Positions 12,728 through 27,207 of a DNA stretch of 64,000 nt are shown here, one piece after another. Position numbers and translations under genes: made by a program. The stretch's first letter is position 1; each line of letters starts with the position of its first letter. Below the pieces are notes generated by a model, which worked only from the letters and a program-made list of their open reading frames with translations, did no database searches and was not told where the DNA came from. The stretch is from Eledone cirrhosa (Eukaryota), in the NCBI GenBank assembly GCA_964016885.1, contig OZ024755.1, forward strand, positions 28,892,001-28,956,000, read 5' to 3'.

Positions 12728-13437
12728 GAAAATTTAAGTAAGTAAAAAATGTTTAAAAAATTTTTTTTTAAAAATATTTTCTTATTTTACGTCCTTTATA
12801 TATATATATGTATATGTGTGATTGTGTGTAGAGTTAAGAATGTATGTATATGTGTGAGATTATGCAGAGTTAAGTAAGTATGTATATATGATTTTTATAT
12901 AGTTCATCAATGTATCTAATGAAATGGATAAATATAACCACGAGACAGATAATTAAGCCAATTGTATAAGCCCGACATCTATTAAAGGATGATGCTTATG
13001 TTATTAGAGTGAAATCGTATCTTTGCTTGAAATATCTTTTATATAACTTCTATATTTTCGACAGAAATAGAGAAATATATTATTTACAGTGTAGTATTTC
13101 GGCAACCCATGTATATCTATGTTTAAAATTGATTCGTATCGATGTGGTTTGGGCTTTGATCCCATTTCTTGCTCAAGGGACATCCAGCATTACCTCGCGT
13201 CAAGTGAAACGTTTTCAATGAAATATATATATATATATATATGTGTAAATGAAGTAATTCCATCGGAAAAGTCCAGGAAAAAAGAGTGCTCTATGTATGC
13301 AACAGAGCTTAATTATTATTATTATGTAATAAACAACATAAGGCAATTATTCCATTTACCAGTGGTTTCTTAAAAGCAAAAGGTTTTGCTTTCAATCCTC
13401 AGAATGAAAAATCCTGGTTTGTTTATTGAATATGGAT

Positions 13438-13502
<65 letters not shown>

Positions 13503-13615
13503 TACGTGTCCCAACGAATTTTTTTAGCCGTTGCTCGCACCAACCTGAGGTATATGGCCTTTAAAACGGCGAAATGCCTACGACGGTTGGAAGGCCACTG
13601 ATGAAGGACAAACTT

Positions 13616-13690
<75 letters not shown>

Positions 13691-13830
13691 TGTTATTTAT
13701 ATATATATACATATACATATATATATATATATATATGAAAAAAGGAAAACAATGACTTCTCATGTAGTTCTAAACAAATTGATTTAATTTTATAATATAA
13801 TATTATGAGTTGGTAGATATAAGCACACAA

Positions 13831-13907
<77 letters not shown>

Positions 13908-14638
13908 CATAATGTGTGTGTCTGTGCGTCTGTTTCATCATGTGTAAATAGATATATGAAGAACGAATTCGGGACATATCTAATGTTTTGTGTGAGGATT
14001 CATTGTGAAATAGTTAATATGCAGAGTATATTAACATAATTTCATCTGTATCTATTGACAGTGAAGAATATATGAAGCCACAAATCATATTCTATGTGAG
14101 AAGACCGCTGTCAGTGTCAAACTATTTAATCTTCCTTGATTCTCTTCACGATGAACGATGATAAATTAAATTTGGGGACACACTGAATTTGAATAATGTA
14201 ATTATTCCTTATGACCGATCAAATTTATTCCAACATTATATTCTGTTAATATCACCATTTGATTTTAAATCTTTAAACGATTTCATCATCTCGACCAGAT
14301 TAAAATGTATGCTTAATCTCCCGCAAGTGAAACCCTACTGTTTTGAAAAGGACGTCGCATTGGAAAATGCTTTTCCACCTAAAATATATCTGAGTGATAA
14401 ATGGCAAATTACAGCAAAACTCCGATTTGTACTATGTCTCTAAACCGAAAACAGACTGAAGATAACTGTAAATAATCTAATAATAAATTGGTTTGCACTG
14501 AGGACCGGCAATTAAAATATTTCACCTAAAGACGTATTTCTTCGAGATATGACGGTGTTAAAATTAAATTCAATATTTCATATTAAGTTTAAGCTAATTA
14601 TATTATACTCAGTTTTGTTTCGTTTGAGTTGGTGATGT

Positions 14639-14760
<122 letters not shown>

Positions 14761-15242
14761 ATGCAGAGCCCTTGCATGTCTATTCTACCGCTAGAGTCAG
14801 GAAACAGTGTGGTACACCTAATAAGTACTTAAGGTGGCTACATATGGTCTGTAGGGTTAATTACCACTTAGCTACTGTAGAGCGGCGGTTGATGTAGTGA
14901 AGGCTCTAATCATCCTAGAAACATCACCAATAACTTGCTTAAAAATATCTCCCTCCGCATATCTCGTTTGTCCGCTAACGAGAAGATATTCGATGAACAT
15001 TCGCCTATGACAACCAGGCCCTGAAGCGAAGTGACTTTCGGGAGGAAATCTCCTTTTACTCAGCCTCCCCTAGCGGAACCATCAGGCGACGCCGCCGCTC
15101 AACCCACGTAACGTGGTTCAATCCTCCGCAAATTCTATATATAAGAACCATCGACTTTACCTCAATACCAAGTAATGAAGCGTCACTAATGAAGGATTCA
15201 GGATCATGGAATACTAGTATTTAACGTTCTCATTCTTGTGAC

Positions 15243-15590
15243 GCTAAACTCCGCCAGTTGCAGACTGCGCATCAACATGTGATATCTCTCTCCACAAAGT
15301 TCGATCACCAGCAGCAGAGTTCAAAGAGCAAAAATCATGTTCAGTCCATATGTTGACATTATCAAGCCATCGTTTTGGCTGCCGGCCTCTGCTTCTCTTA
15401 CCAGGCAACCTTCCTTCCAGGCATAACCTACTCACACCACGAGTTGATCTTTTTATATGACCGTATATGACCGTATAGTTCGAGTTCTCTTGACTTGACA
15501 ATTAATGTAATTGGTCTGAGTTTGGTAATGTTGGGCAGTTCACTAATACAGATACGGTCGCTGAGCCACTTGCCAGTCATACGTTTCATG
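15243..15590 (-). mobile_element. RTE-clade LINE 3' fragment
   Basis: YGHIKR...LEGRLPGKRSRGRQPKRWLDNV...DRTLWR. Same family at 56380. Confidence 0.85.
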
Positions 15591-16627
15591 ACGCTCTCAT
15601 ATGGTTAAAAGTAGGTTAAAATTCATTCAGCGTGTCTATTCACGTTTATTACACATACACATGATGACAGCCATCCATATATGTCTGTATATAACTGTCT
15701 CGAGCATAATTAAATAAGCATCGAATTTTCCTAATAGTTTGTAGCTGTGCAGTCATACCAGCATTACATCCGGTTACAGAGGTCAAAGTTAAATCTTTAA
15801 CACCTTGGGGGATCTCACTACTAATGATTCCATTAGTTATAGAAGCATTGTTCTTAGTAGTACATCTTGCCAGTGTCGTAGTTCGACCTTTAGAAGAAAT
15901 ATATGCAATCACACAGCAACGTTGTTTCACCTTTTGTCATTTTATGAAATATTTACCACACAACAAAATAAATAAATAAAGCGAGAGCGATTCGCAATAA
16001 ACTAAAGACAAATAAAAAAAAAGATGACATTCAACGTGCAAAAGTGCTTCATTAATTAATTCTGCATCGAATAATAAACATATATGAGTGAAAAAAAAAC
16101 AAATAACAAATGTAGTGAATATTTATAAAATCTAAAGATACATAAATTTTTTCGCATATCAATATAATGCATTTAAATAATTGGTATTCGATTTTGCCTG
16201 TTATCACGATAAAGTTCCTAAACTAAAGACATGGCAAACAATAATTTAACCCTTTGAAAGATTGGCTTAGTTAATTCAGTAAAAAGAAAAACGCAGGTTT
16301 CTGAAACATCACACTTGTGAGGAAGAGAAATCATCTCATATATGTCATATGTTAATACCTGATATATATAATGCAAAATTAACTACCGTTCTTGTAAATG
16401 TAAGGGAATACATATCAGCTCAAAGTGAGAAATGTTCACATCGAAGTGAAAATAAGAGTTTATGATTTGAATGTGAGAAAGGTGATTTTAAAACGAGAAG
16501 AAAAACAAACGAATATGATTTTGAATTTCTAAGTTACGAGGAGAAACCATGACGAAAGTGCTAAGGAGGAGAAACACAAAACTGAAAACGTTTATTTCGC
16601 ACAACATAATATCAACACACATCAACA

Positions 16628-16866
16628 CAATTATCCCAGTGCATTACTGGTACTTTATTTTATCAACCAGGTGAGGATGATAGCAAAGTTAACCTCGACA
16701 GGGTTTAAATTTAGACCGTCAAAGCATAATAACGGTTTCTACTTTTGACACAAGGCCAGCAATTACCCCAGTGCATTACTGGTACTTTATTTTATCGACC
16801 CCGTAAGGATGAAAGGCAAAGTTAACCTCGGCGGGATTTGAACTTAGACCGTCAATGCATAATAAC
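16628..16866 (-). mobile_element. Two tandem SINE fragments
   Basis: SINE core repeated twice, each followed by the same gaccgtcaa-gcataataac junction. Confidence 0.85.
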
Positions 16867-18074
16867 GTTATTTGTATAGTCATCAATGTGAACCTTTCTT
16901 CTAAACGATGTGAAGGGAACACATTTCATATGGTTTCAATATGTCGAGTAGTTTGGTAGTTTTAGGCGGAAACACAGAATCGAAAACTTGCATTTATGTA
17001 TATATAGATATGTGTGTGTGTGTGTGTTTCAAATTTGATTTATCATACATTTAAACATTTTATTGATTCATAGCAATTAAGCTACAGCAAGTACACATAT
17101 AATTTTGTGTGACGTCTGGGAAAATGTGTAGTGCATCTTATAGTACGAGAGTCATGAATGAAACAAAGAAAAATAAGAAGAAAAAAGAAAGGAAAACAGC
17201 GATAAGAAAGTCAGATATCGTATGTGTCTGTGTGATTGTCTATCTGCTTTTATTTTGGTGCAGAATACCTGTAACTATATGTTTCAGGGCCTCTAGTACG
17301 ACATGACGTATTGGAGACAGTGAAGCCTGTCTCGAAGACTTAAATTATCAATATTACAAACATTTCTTCTCTGTTTTATTTCTACATTTCACATAAAAGT
17401 GCCAAGGAATCATGCCATTTTGGCCAAGAAGGTACCTTCGCAAACAGGTTAGGGGTTGGGTTACGCTGTAAGAGTCATTTACTATAACATCGGGTTGACA
17501 CAGTTATTTTGAATGTATCAGAGTAGATGGAAGTTATATGAAAGCCTGTCGAATGTAATTAAATGCTTGGCTTTGTTAGATACTGTGTCGAACTAAGTCT
17601 CTCTGAGAATTGCATCAAGAATAGACGTGTCTGTGGAAATATTAGCGACTTATACGTTAAATTCAATTGCAAGCTCTTCCTTTTATTGAACAACTGGAAG
17701 ACTCATAGTCGAAACAGGTGGATGTTCATTGACTCGTTCAAATTAGTATGATGACTATAGAGCGCTTGTTTGAAATCACATAAATATAATAGAGCTCATG
17801 TTAGTACACAACACCAGAAAAATATATAATCTTTTTACCATAAATCATCGCAACGAAATAAATCGATAACAAAAGATTGTGTTGCGATTTTTTCTCACAT
17901 CAGTAAAATAGCCAGAAAGGCGTAGTTTCATGTAAGTTGTTTTGAGGTAGTTTATATAGATGTCACAATGTAAATAAGTTAAAAGATTAATTGTTTAATG
18001 AATACTTCTATCTAGTTGCCATATAGCTGTGACACAAATAAATTAAACTACAATTTCCCATTTATTATAGTCTA

Positions 18075-18745
18075 CTAGCATAAAAAGCACCCGAATAGTG
18101 GTTTTTCTGCTAGCGTCTGCAGTGTGCATATTGATATTATATGCAAATATATATACATGTAGATATGATATGTCAAATAAAATCGTAATTGACAATAAGC
18201 AGAGAAATTGAAGAGAGACTGTAATCAGTAAAGTAATCCATGATACATTTAAAAAAGACGATATTATATATAAACTGCATTAGGAGAAAATTAGCGATGG
18301 AAATATAAACCTTATATAACGACGCAAATATATGAACGTTTATATACGCGATGTAATAAGTGTCTTAATATAACGGATGCTAACCGGAAGTGTTGACATT
18401 TGAAAATTTGAAAGAAGTGAATCTTGAAATAAGCAATCAAATTATTTATATTTAATCAGTTACGAAATTTGTTATGTAATATTCTGGCAGTATCGGTAGA
18501 GGGTTGGACGCCATGCTTTCCATGCTTTCCATTCTGAGTTCAAATCCCACCGAGGTTAACTTTGCTTTTCATCCTTACAGGGTCGATAAAATAAAGTACC
18601 AGTAATGCACTGAGTAATTGCTGGCCTTGTGCCAAAAGTAGAAACAATTATTTAGTCAAAGTAATACAACTTATTTGACAAGTGGGATAAAAAAAAAAGT
18701 ATATTCAGAACGCAGTCCCGCACTCCTCTCTTTATTATATTATGA
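18075..18745 (-). mobile_element. Non-autonomous Helitron (family H1) carrying a SINE
   Basis: Minus strand a|TC...hairpin...CTAG|t. Inverted homolog at 30314-30937. Confidence 0.75.
18485..18652 (+). mobile_element. Nin-domain-type SINE nested in Helitron H1
   Basis: tggcagtatcggtag...gagttcaaatcc...tttcatccttacagggtcgataaaataaagtaccag. Confidence 0.9.
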
Positions 18746-18754
18746 TTGTAAATC

Positions 18755-18853
18755 CAGGGTGTCCCAAAAATGTATACACACTTCAACAGCATTCTAATAA
18801 ATATTGCCTGTACAGGTAATCAAAATGTATATATTTTGGTGGGGACAGCTTGT
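18755..18853. mobile_element. Small Tc1/mariner-like MITE
   Basis: Degenerate TIRs cagggtgtcccaaaaatgtatac / gtatatattttggtggggacagcttg. Confidence 0.45.
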
Positions 18854-19038
18854 ATACATTTGTTGTTATTCAGCGGTAAAAAATATGTTCTTTAGCTAAA
18901 AATGCTTCTATGCTTCTAAATGTATTTATTACATACTGGAGTATACAGGGCTTTTTCTTCATGATTTCTGATGCTCACTTATAGTGTATATAGTGTTTTA
19001 AGCAACGTTATTATCAGTACATTTCGCATGTTACAGTT

Positions 19039-19359
19039 CAGAAGCTCTCAAATTGGACGCTATCACTCCCCGAGGGCGTTGAAAAGGTCCAGGGGCGCTA
19101 GGGTACAAAAGAGAGGTGGGGTCGCATAGAGATGATATAATATTATGTCAAATATCGAATGACATATATTATATATAAATATAGTAAAATAAAAAATATA
19201 TAATATTTACTTATACATAGTATATCGGTAGAAGGTGGGACGCGATGCTTTGCAGCATCGAGTTACGCCCCTTTACGGTCTAAGTTCAAATCCCGCTGAG
19301 GTTATTACCTGGCCCTGAGGTGGGGGCGGGGGGTATTCTAAAACGTTTGAGAACCTCTG
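19039..19359. mobile_element. hAT (Charlie-like) MITE containing a SINE head
   Basis: TIRs cagaagctctcaaa / tttgagaacctctg. 8-bp TSD ttacagtt/ttacagat (7/8). SINE fragment at 19221-19304. Confidence 0.75.
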
Positions 19360-19681
19360 TTACAGATGATAATCAAATCGATGTAAAATACGAAATATAT
19401 CCCATCTACATTTGCTGCAAACATAGTTGACATTTTGAATATGTTGAACAATACAGGTTTTTCAAGCTTAGATTGCGTGGAATATTAGGTTTCTTTACTA
19501 TATCTGGGATCTTTGTTTCATAGAAATCTATGCCTTTCATGTAGCACATGGGATTAAGATTTACTTTCCAAGACTCTATTGAATTGCAGGAAGACGGGAA
19601 AATATATGAAGAACTTCAGCTCCATATATAAGAAATTGTATTGCATGCTTTATGTAAGAATTTAGAGAAATATCGGTGATA

Positions 19682-19791
<110 letters not shown>

Positions 19792-19952
19792 TATGTGTGT
19801 GTGTGTGTGTATCCCGGGTTCAATCGGGGGTAACCACTGTAAGGTACTCAATACATAGTAGAGTATAAATATCTAATACACAAATGGCTTCTACATGACT
19901 AGAACTTTTTTATTTTAGGAAATCATCAACAAAAAGGACCTATATATATATA

Positions 19953-20357
19953 TCAGTGGTACCCGGCGTTGCACGGGATAAGGTATTTTGGAACGCGAGC
20001 CGCCAACAAACCTAATCGTGGAAAAACTGCATGCCTGGACAATATGAAAATAAAATAAACCGAATACTCTGATGGCTGGATAATCTTTAAGATTCTCCTC
20101 GAAGAAGCAGGAAAAATGCAGGTTTTCACCTAATGCGGGCCCTAGGGGATCAAGAAAATGAATTGTATGTATTTATCTAAAATGAGAAAGACTAAGAATT
20201 ATAGAGAGAGATCGCTAAATCGCCTAGTGAGGTCCCTGGTGCATTGAATATTTGAATTCTTTTTTGCTCAGAACACACCATGAAACATAAGTATTACATG
20301 TGTACAGTTTGAAAACAGTCGGTTGAGTGGTTATCGAGTTTTAGGGATTCAAAATCA

Positions 20358-20433
<76 letters not shown>

Positions 20434-20455
20434 TCCTCAGTTTTATATATATAGA
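19953..20455 (-). mobile_element. Non-autonomous Helitron (family H2) with internal (CA)n
   Basis: 5' a|TCTATATATATAAAACTGAGG, 3' hairpin cccgtgcaacgccggg. Homolog at 60004-60925. Confidence 0.75.
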
Positions 20456-20993
20456 TATATATATACACACACACACATTTGTGTGTGCGGGAATGTGTGT
20501 CTGTGTATGCCTGTGTTTGTGTGTATGTGTAAGATAGTGATGATGTGTGCACGATGAATGTATGCGATTATGTTCAGCCGCCTCCTCTGAAATTTATTGT
20601 TATTCGTGTGTTTTGTAGAATATCTTGCAGTCTCTCCTTTGTAGACTGTGTGGCTTTTATGCTGCCGGTTGTGAATTTATGTCTTTATAACTTGTGATGT
20701 ATCTATTATGCAATCATCTCTTCACAATCAAATATCGCTTATATCGCAGTAAATATCTGCTTATCAAACCTAAATCAGTCTTTCCTGTCTCAAAGTCCCG
20801 AGACACACCGTCTGCAGTATTAACGTATGTTATTGTGAAGTAAACAAACTTACAAACGCGCCCTCTAATCGTTAATCGAATTTTAAGTTTCCTCTATGGT
20901 ACTTGTCATTATGAATAATAATTTTTATAGACCCCGCCCCAAGCCATTGAAAATACTATTATATACGCTTTGCATAGCTAAATATGTATCCAC

Positions 20994-21038
<45 letters not shown>

Positions 21039-21237
21039 TACCGATATTTCTTTATTGGTCATGGCAAACTGAATCTTTTCATTTGATGCTATTGGAAAAA
21101 AATCTAGTCACCAAGTTTTATATATATACTGGGTTAGTTCAGATCTAGCTGTCTAAACGGCCGGAGCTCAGCCGTCGGGGTCCTGCCTCTTTTCCTATAT
21201 ATATATATATATATATACATATCTCTCTCTCTCTCTC

Positions 21238-21324
<87 letters not shown>

Positions 21325-21779
21325 TCTTATCAACGTATTTGCCGATGGTACATCCTAACAAACTACTGAGCTTCTCTCCTAATTTTATTACTGATAAAAC
21401 TCCAGAAACTCACCACGTGAGTTACCATGTCTACGGCTGTGTCTTTATATAAAACCATGTTAAATATATTTTGGTTATTTTGTAGATATAGATATGCTAT
21501 TATATATGGGCTAATTATATGTTGGTTAGTGACTAGATTTCTTTTCCGATAGCATCAAATGAAAAGATTCAGTTTGCCATGACCAATTAAACTGTCTAAC
21601 TCCTATCAGCGCATACATCAGCACTAATGTTATATAATACAAGTTAATGACATCCATATCATATCAGTTCATTATAGGGTCTAAAGAAATATCTGTAGTC
21701 TTGCTCGTATATATATATAATTACTATGTTGTCTTTAGTATACACGCATTCACACAACACACGCTCACACAGAGACGCA

Positions 21780-22560
<781 letters not shown>

Positions 22561-22643
22561 GTATTCTAAAATGCCCAGGAAAACTCTTTCCTTTGAGCTC
22601 ATTTGATTACAGGATTATACGCGTGCCCTTTACTCCGTCATTT

Positions 22644-22723
<80 letters not shown>

Positions 22724-22732
22724 GTGTGTGCA

Positions 22733-22774
<42 letters not shown>

Positions 22775-23012
22775 TTCAAAATATTAATAAATGAGAAATA
22801 TCATAACCAAAGTATATATTTTATTATACATATTTCAAGGGCACAATGGTGTTTAAGTACGTTTTCATCAGATGAAATATATAAGAGATTGGATATGCGA
22901 CATACCGCTAAGGTACTTTAATCTTCAAATCCTGTAGTGGCAGTAAGTTATTTCACCAACCGTCAACATTGAATTCGTTGAATAATCAACGAACCATATA
23001 CACTATACACAC

Positions 23013-23052
<40 letters not shown>

Positions 23053-23057
<5 letters not shown>

Positions 23058-23243
23058 AAATTGAGGTTGGTAATGGCACATGGAATATATACGAGACAGA
23101 ATACTTTTTTGTGAAAAAACATATAATTTTATAAGGTAAGGAACTTTATTATTTCCTTACCTTATAAAATTATATGTTTTTTCACAAAAAAGTATTCTGT
23201 CTCTTATATATTCCATGTGCCATTACCAACCTCAATTTTCTCT
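23053..23243. repeat. Near-perfect 91-bp-arm inverted repeat
   Basis: Arms 23053-23143 and 23153-23243, 9-nt loop. Confidence 0.9.
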
Positions 23244-23393
23244 ATAACCTTCGTTTTGTGTAGTAAATTACACTTTTCATATATATATATATATATATGT
23301 ATATGTGTGTATAGTGGTATCTATGGTACTTCCGTAGTCGGCATGCCAAAATTAGCACTCGATATTCATCAGAGTAGAGTGTAGATATTATCA

Positions 23394-23641
23394 AGAAAAC
23401 GAAAAATCAGTGATGCGTCTGGACTTAGTTTATTTCGTGTTACAAATGTTTCGCCGGCATGTAGCTCGAGTCATGGTCCTTGTATTGGTCTGCCTTATTC
23501 TACTTCTGCGGGTCCTTTCAGACACGGCTGTTATGTCCGGAGCAAATTTTATCACTGGGGTTTTGTCATCAAAACAACCCCTCAAACATTTGTAACACGA
23601 AATAAACTAAGTCCAGATGCATCACTGATTTTTCGTTTTCT
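23394..23641. repeat. 58-bp-arm inverted repeat abutting (TA)n
   Basis: Arms 23394-23451 and 23584-23641. Confidence 0.9.
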
Positions 23642-23643
23642 CG

Positions 23644-23692
<49 letters not shown>

Positions 23693-24334
23693 GCGCGCAA
23701 TAAGCATTCAAATGATCTGACATTTACTAAAAGAGAATTCCAAGCATATATGTAGAGTAGAGAATGTATTTTCATAAATAAATGCCTATAATCAATTAAG
23801 TGTTTCGTATCTGATCAGCTATATCATATTGATAGTATTATAAATATTCTTCTATAAATATACCTTAACTTCCATTTGTTTACATGCATACGTACTATTT
23901 ATGCAATACTTGGATACATACAGACACACACATACACACACACACACAAAGACACACATACATAACTATATATATATATATATATATAGTGGCTGCCAAC
24001 TTGTTTTCGAGTACGGCCACTACTTTATATCCATGTAGGAGAACCCCTATCGATGCGCTGAACGAGTGTCACTTTTTAGTCCAGCCAGCGACTTGAAAAC
24101 TCTGGTACAAACACTACACCTGTGACAATTATTGAGACATAGTGCTGGGCCCATGGTACCATGTGACGACAAGTGCAGAGAGATCTCCAGATATAAAGCA
24201 ATGCCTGTGCCGTGAAGCTTTTATAGTGAGCCAAGGCACTGCACAAAGCCAGTCCCACTCTCTGAACCAAGATGATATTTACCAAAAAGAAGAACAAGTC
24301 AACATCATTGGATACCATCAGGGTTGCAGGTGTT

Positions 24335-24598
24335 ATATCAGAGTTTTCCTTCTCCTAGAATTCTGCCTTGACGAAGGCTAAGGGTTCATCTCTCCCGGTG
24401 ATTTTGGATGGCCATTGACTCTTAAGAGCTCCTTTGCCCTTTGACAGGTATTGTTTTTAGTCCTGCAGGATGTCCAAAGTCACCCTCCTCACCAAGAAAT
24501 CTTGGTGGGGTTGCCAGTTTAGTCGCCAACGACCCGACCATGAGACAGGTTGTACTGGGATACATATTACCAGTAGCACCAACTGGTGACCTGACATA
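24335..24598 (-). repeat. Interspersed repeat family Y
   Basis: Reverse complement of the 10950-11130 sequence. Confidence 0.75.
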
Positions 24599-24637
24599 AT
24601 GTATATGTGTATGTATATGTGTATGTGTGTATGTATG

Positions 24638-24677
<40 letters not shown>

Positions 24678-24879
24678 CATACATACATACATACACATAT
24701 ACATACATGTATGCATACATACCTCCATATATATATATATATTTATATATATATATATGTATGCATATATACATATGTTCATATTTACGCAAAATGGTAG
24801 CCAATTAGATATACACAAACATTCCCATTTGTCTGCCCCTGAAACAGAAAATATTTCAGCTGTAGAAATTAGTTGCCAT

Positions 24880-25070
24880 GTCACTTAGTGCCAAGCTATA
24901 TCGGCCATTGCCTTTGCCCTGAATAACATGGGTGGCGTGGAGAGAGGAAACTGCTATACATGGCCAGCTGCTAGTCTTCCACTAACAAACTTTCCCGGAT
25001 TGTGCCTCGGAGAGGAACATTCTAGGTGCAAATCCCATGGACATTTGTGACCGAAGGTGGTCTTACCTTA
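24880..25070 (+). mobile_element. Probable SINE/LINE 3' fragment
   Basis: GC-richer block ending ccatggacatttgtgaccgaaggtggtcttacctta. It resembles an octopus repeat 3' end, from memory and unverified. Confidence 0.4.
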
Positions 25071-26133
25071 TACTCAGTTGGTGAGTAATGATATATTACT
25101 GAATGTAACATCTATTTTATCATTCAATGCTTTTAATTGAAGTACCTATTCAGTATTAAAACTGCGTATTTCCACCGAAATGTCTGTGATACTGGCGTAA
25201 TGTTCAGCTTGTTTGAAATAAGAACGATCTAAGTATCAATTTAGTATAGTTGATTGGTAATCATGCAAAATGCCTGTTTTGCAAACGAAAATTTCTGAGC
25301 GTAACATTCAACTTCGGTTCGTAATGGATTTGCTCATTAGACGCCATGCACCCCAGTAACAGAACAAGTTCAAAAGCTTAATGGACATATGTTCCTTATA
25401 ATATGAATAGAGATATTGTTTTGTTTGTTTTTTTGTTTTCTTTTATTTATTGTCTTATCATATTTCGGCACGTCTTATTTGGGATAGACTACATTCATCA
25501 TACAGTGCGCAAATAATATGCATAACTACTTATAGCATTAGCACAATGGTACTAAATGGAATGATGAAGAGAATACCTTTCTTTAAATTAAACACAAAAT
25601 TTGAGGGAGAAACTTTTAGCTATCCAGAAAATTTCGAAGACAAAACAACCACGGCTGATTTCAAACTTCAAACACATTATGGATGTAATTACGTACCTAC
25701 AAGGACATTCTACTACTATCGACAATGCAATCTCTGAAAATTTCATGCATGAACAGAACAGAACAGAACTGTCTTTTTTTTTTTTTTTCGTGACGCTCTC
25801 TCTCAGTTAAACAAAATAGCTAGATTTCGGGTAGAGTAATGCAACGAAACTAGTATTTAGTCCACAAACTATTCTCAGATGAACTGTCTTCTGTAATAAC
25901 ATTGTATCTGGGTACTGCCGACATTCAGTATATACATATACACATATATACCTTTGATATATTCGGCTCCGTTAATTTGTTGAGCTAATTCTAATGTCGA
26001 GTAAACCTGGCTGCTATTTTTAGTGTTATGAGTTTGTGAGACACGCTAAGTTCAGATACCATGTGCGTTATTATAGATACGCATACTATTCAGTTTTTTA
26101 ATATACTTAGAAGTGACCAGGATACTAATTCTT

Positions 26134-26212
26134 CACCCACCCATGAGCAAGAATCGGTATTCCACTTCCCAATTAATTTCGCGAAACAGCATAGCCAAAC
26201 GCTGTCTGGGTG
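26134..26212 (+). ncRNA. Degenerate type I hammerhead
   Basis: CACCCA-cccATGA-GC...GC-GAAA-CAGC..GCTG-TC-TGGGTG. Stems I and III perfect, core mutated at two positions. Confidence 0.6.
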
Positions 26213-26484
26213 ATTGGTAGTTACTACAATTCCTGTTTGTATTTATTTTCTAGATTTATTCTTAAATTGAGTCTGCAAACGTTATTGTCCATAGTTAGTA
26301 TTCTTTTCACCTTAGCCAATCTGGTCCCTTGCGATTTGAACACATATATGTATATATATATATATCTGTGCTTATCTTTCTTTTATATTTAATTAAAATA
26401 TACGGCTCGGAAAAATCTGTTTCCTAGAGCTATTTTATTGTAAGAGAGTATTTTGAGTTTCTAACTCAATATATACCTTTGATA

Positions 26485-26522
<38 letters not shown>

Positions 26523-26537
26523 ACACACACACACACA

Positions 26538-26594
<57 letters not shown>

Positions 26595-27040
26595 TTATAT
26601 ATATACATATACATACAATATAATAAATCAGAAACCACCAGTGAATGGTTTGAATAAAAAATACAGACTACTGATAATATGCATCACAAACAGAAACAGC
26701 TGCACTCATGCACTCAGACACGCAAAGGCAAAATGTAGAAACATATCTATATAACCTTTGTATTTCAGGATTACATTTCATTTATTTATGCGTTATAATG
26801 GGATTTTTCTGCTGGTGAATTAAAATTAGCTCTTCCTCAACAACAAAAGCCTGAATGTTTTGTTAGTAAATATCAAAGCTCTCCATTAAGCACGAATGGA
26901 TTGAAATACGGTTCCAATATTTGATGTTTCATGAACGAAAGTTATTAGAAACCGAGTCTAAAGAAGCAGAAAAATAAGATAAAATACTGAATTAGCAGCA
27001 GGAGATTATTAATTAATTAAAAATGTATCTGAAGATTTTG

Positions 27041-27100
<60 letters not shown>

Positions 27101-27111
27101 GAACGAGTAGG

Positions 27112-27207
27112 ACCCCGACGGCTGAGCTCAAGCCGTTTCGACGGCTAATTCTGGACTAAATGAAAATGTTTATCCTGGTATGTGAATAGCCGAGCTTCTC
27201 AAGGGGT
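27112..27207 (-). ncRNA. Type I hammerhead with U3-A8 core variant (family E)
   Basis: ACCCC-TTGAGAA-Gct-CGGCTA...TAGCCG-tC-GAAA-CGGCT(tgagctc)AGCCG-TC-GGGGT. Truncated homologs at 21130-21197 and 30236-30292. Confidence 0.7.
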
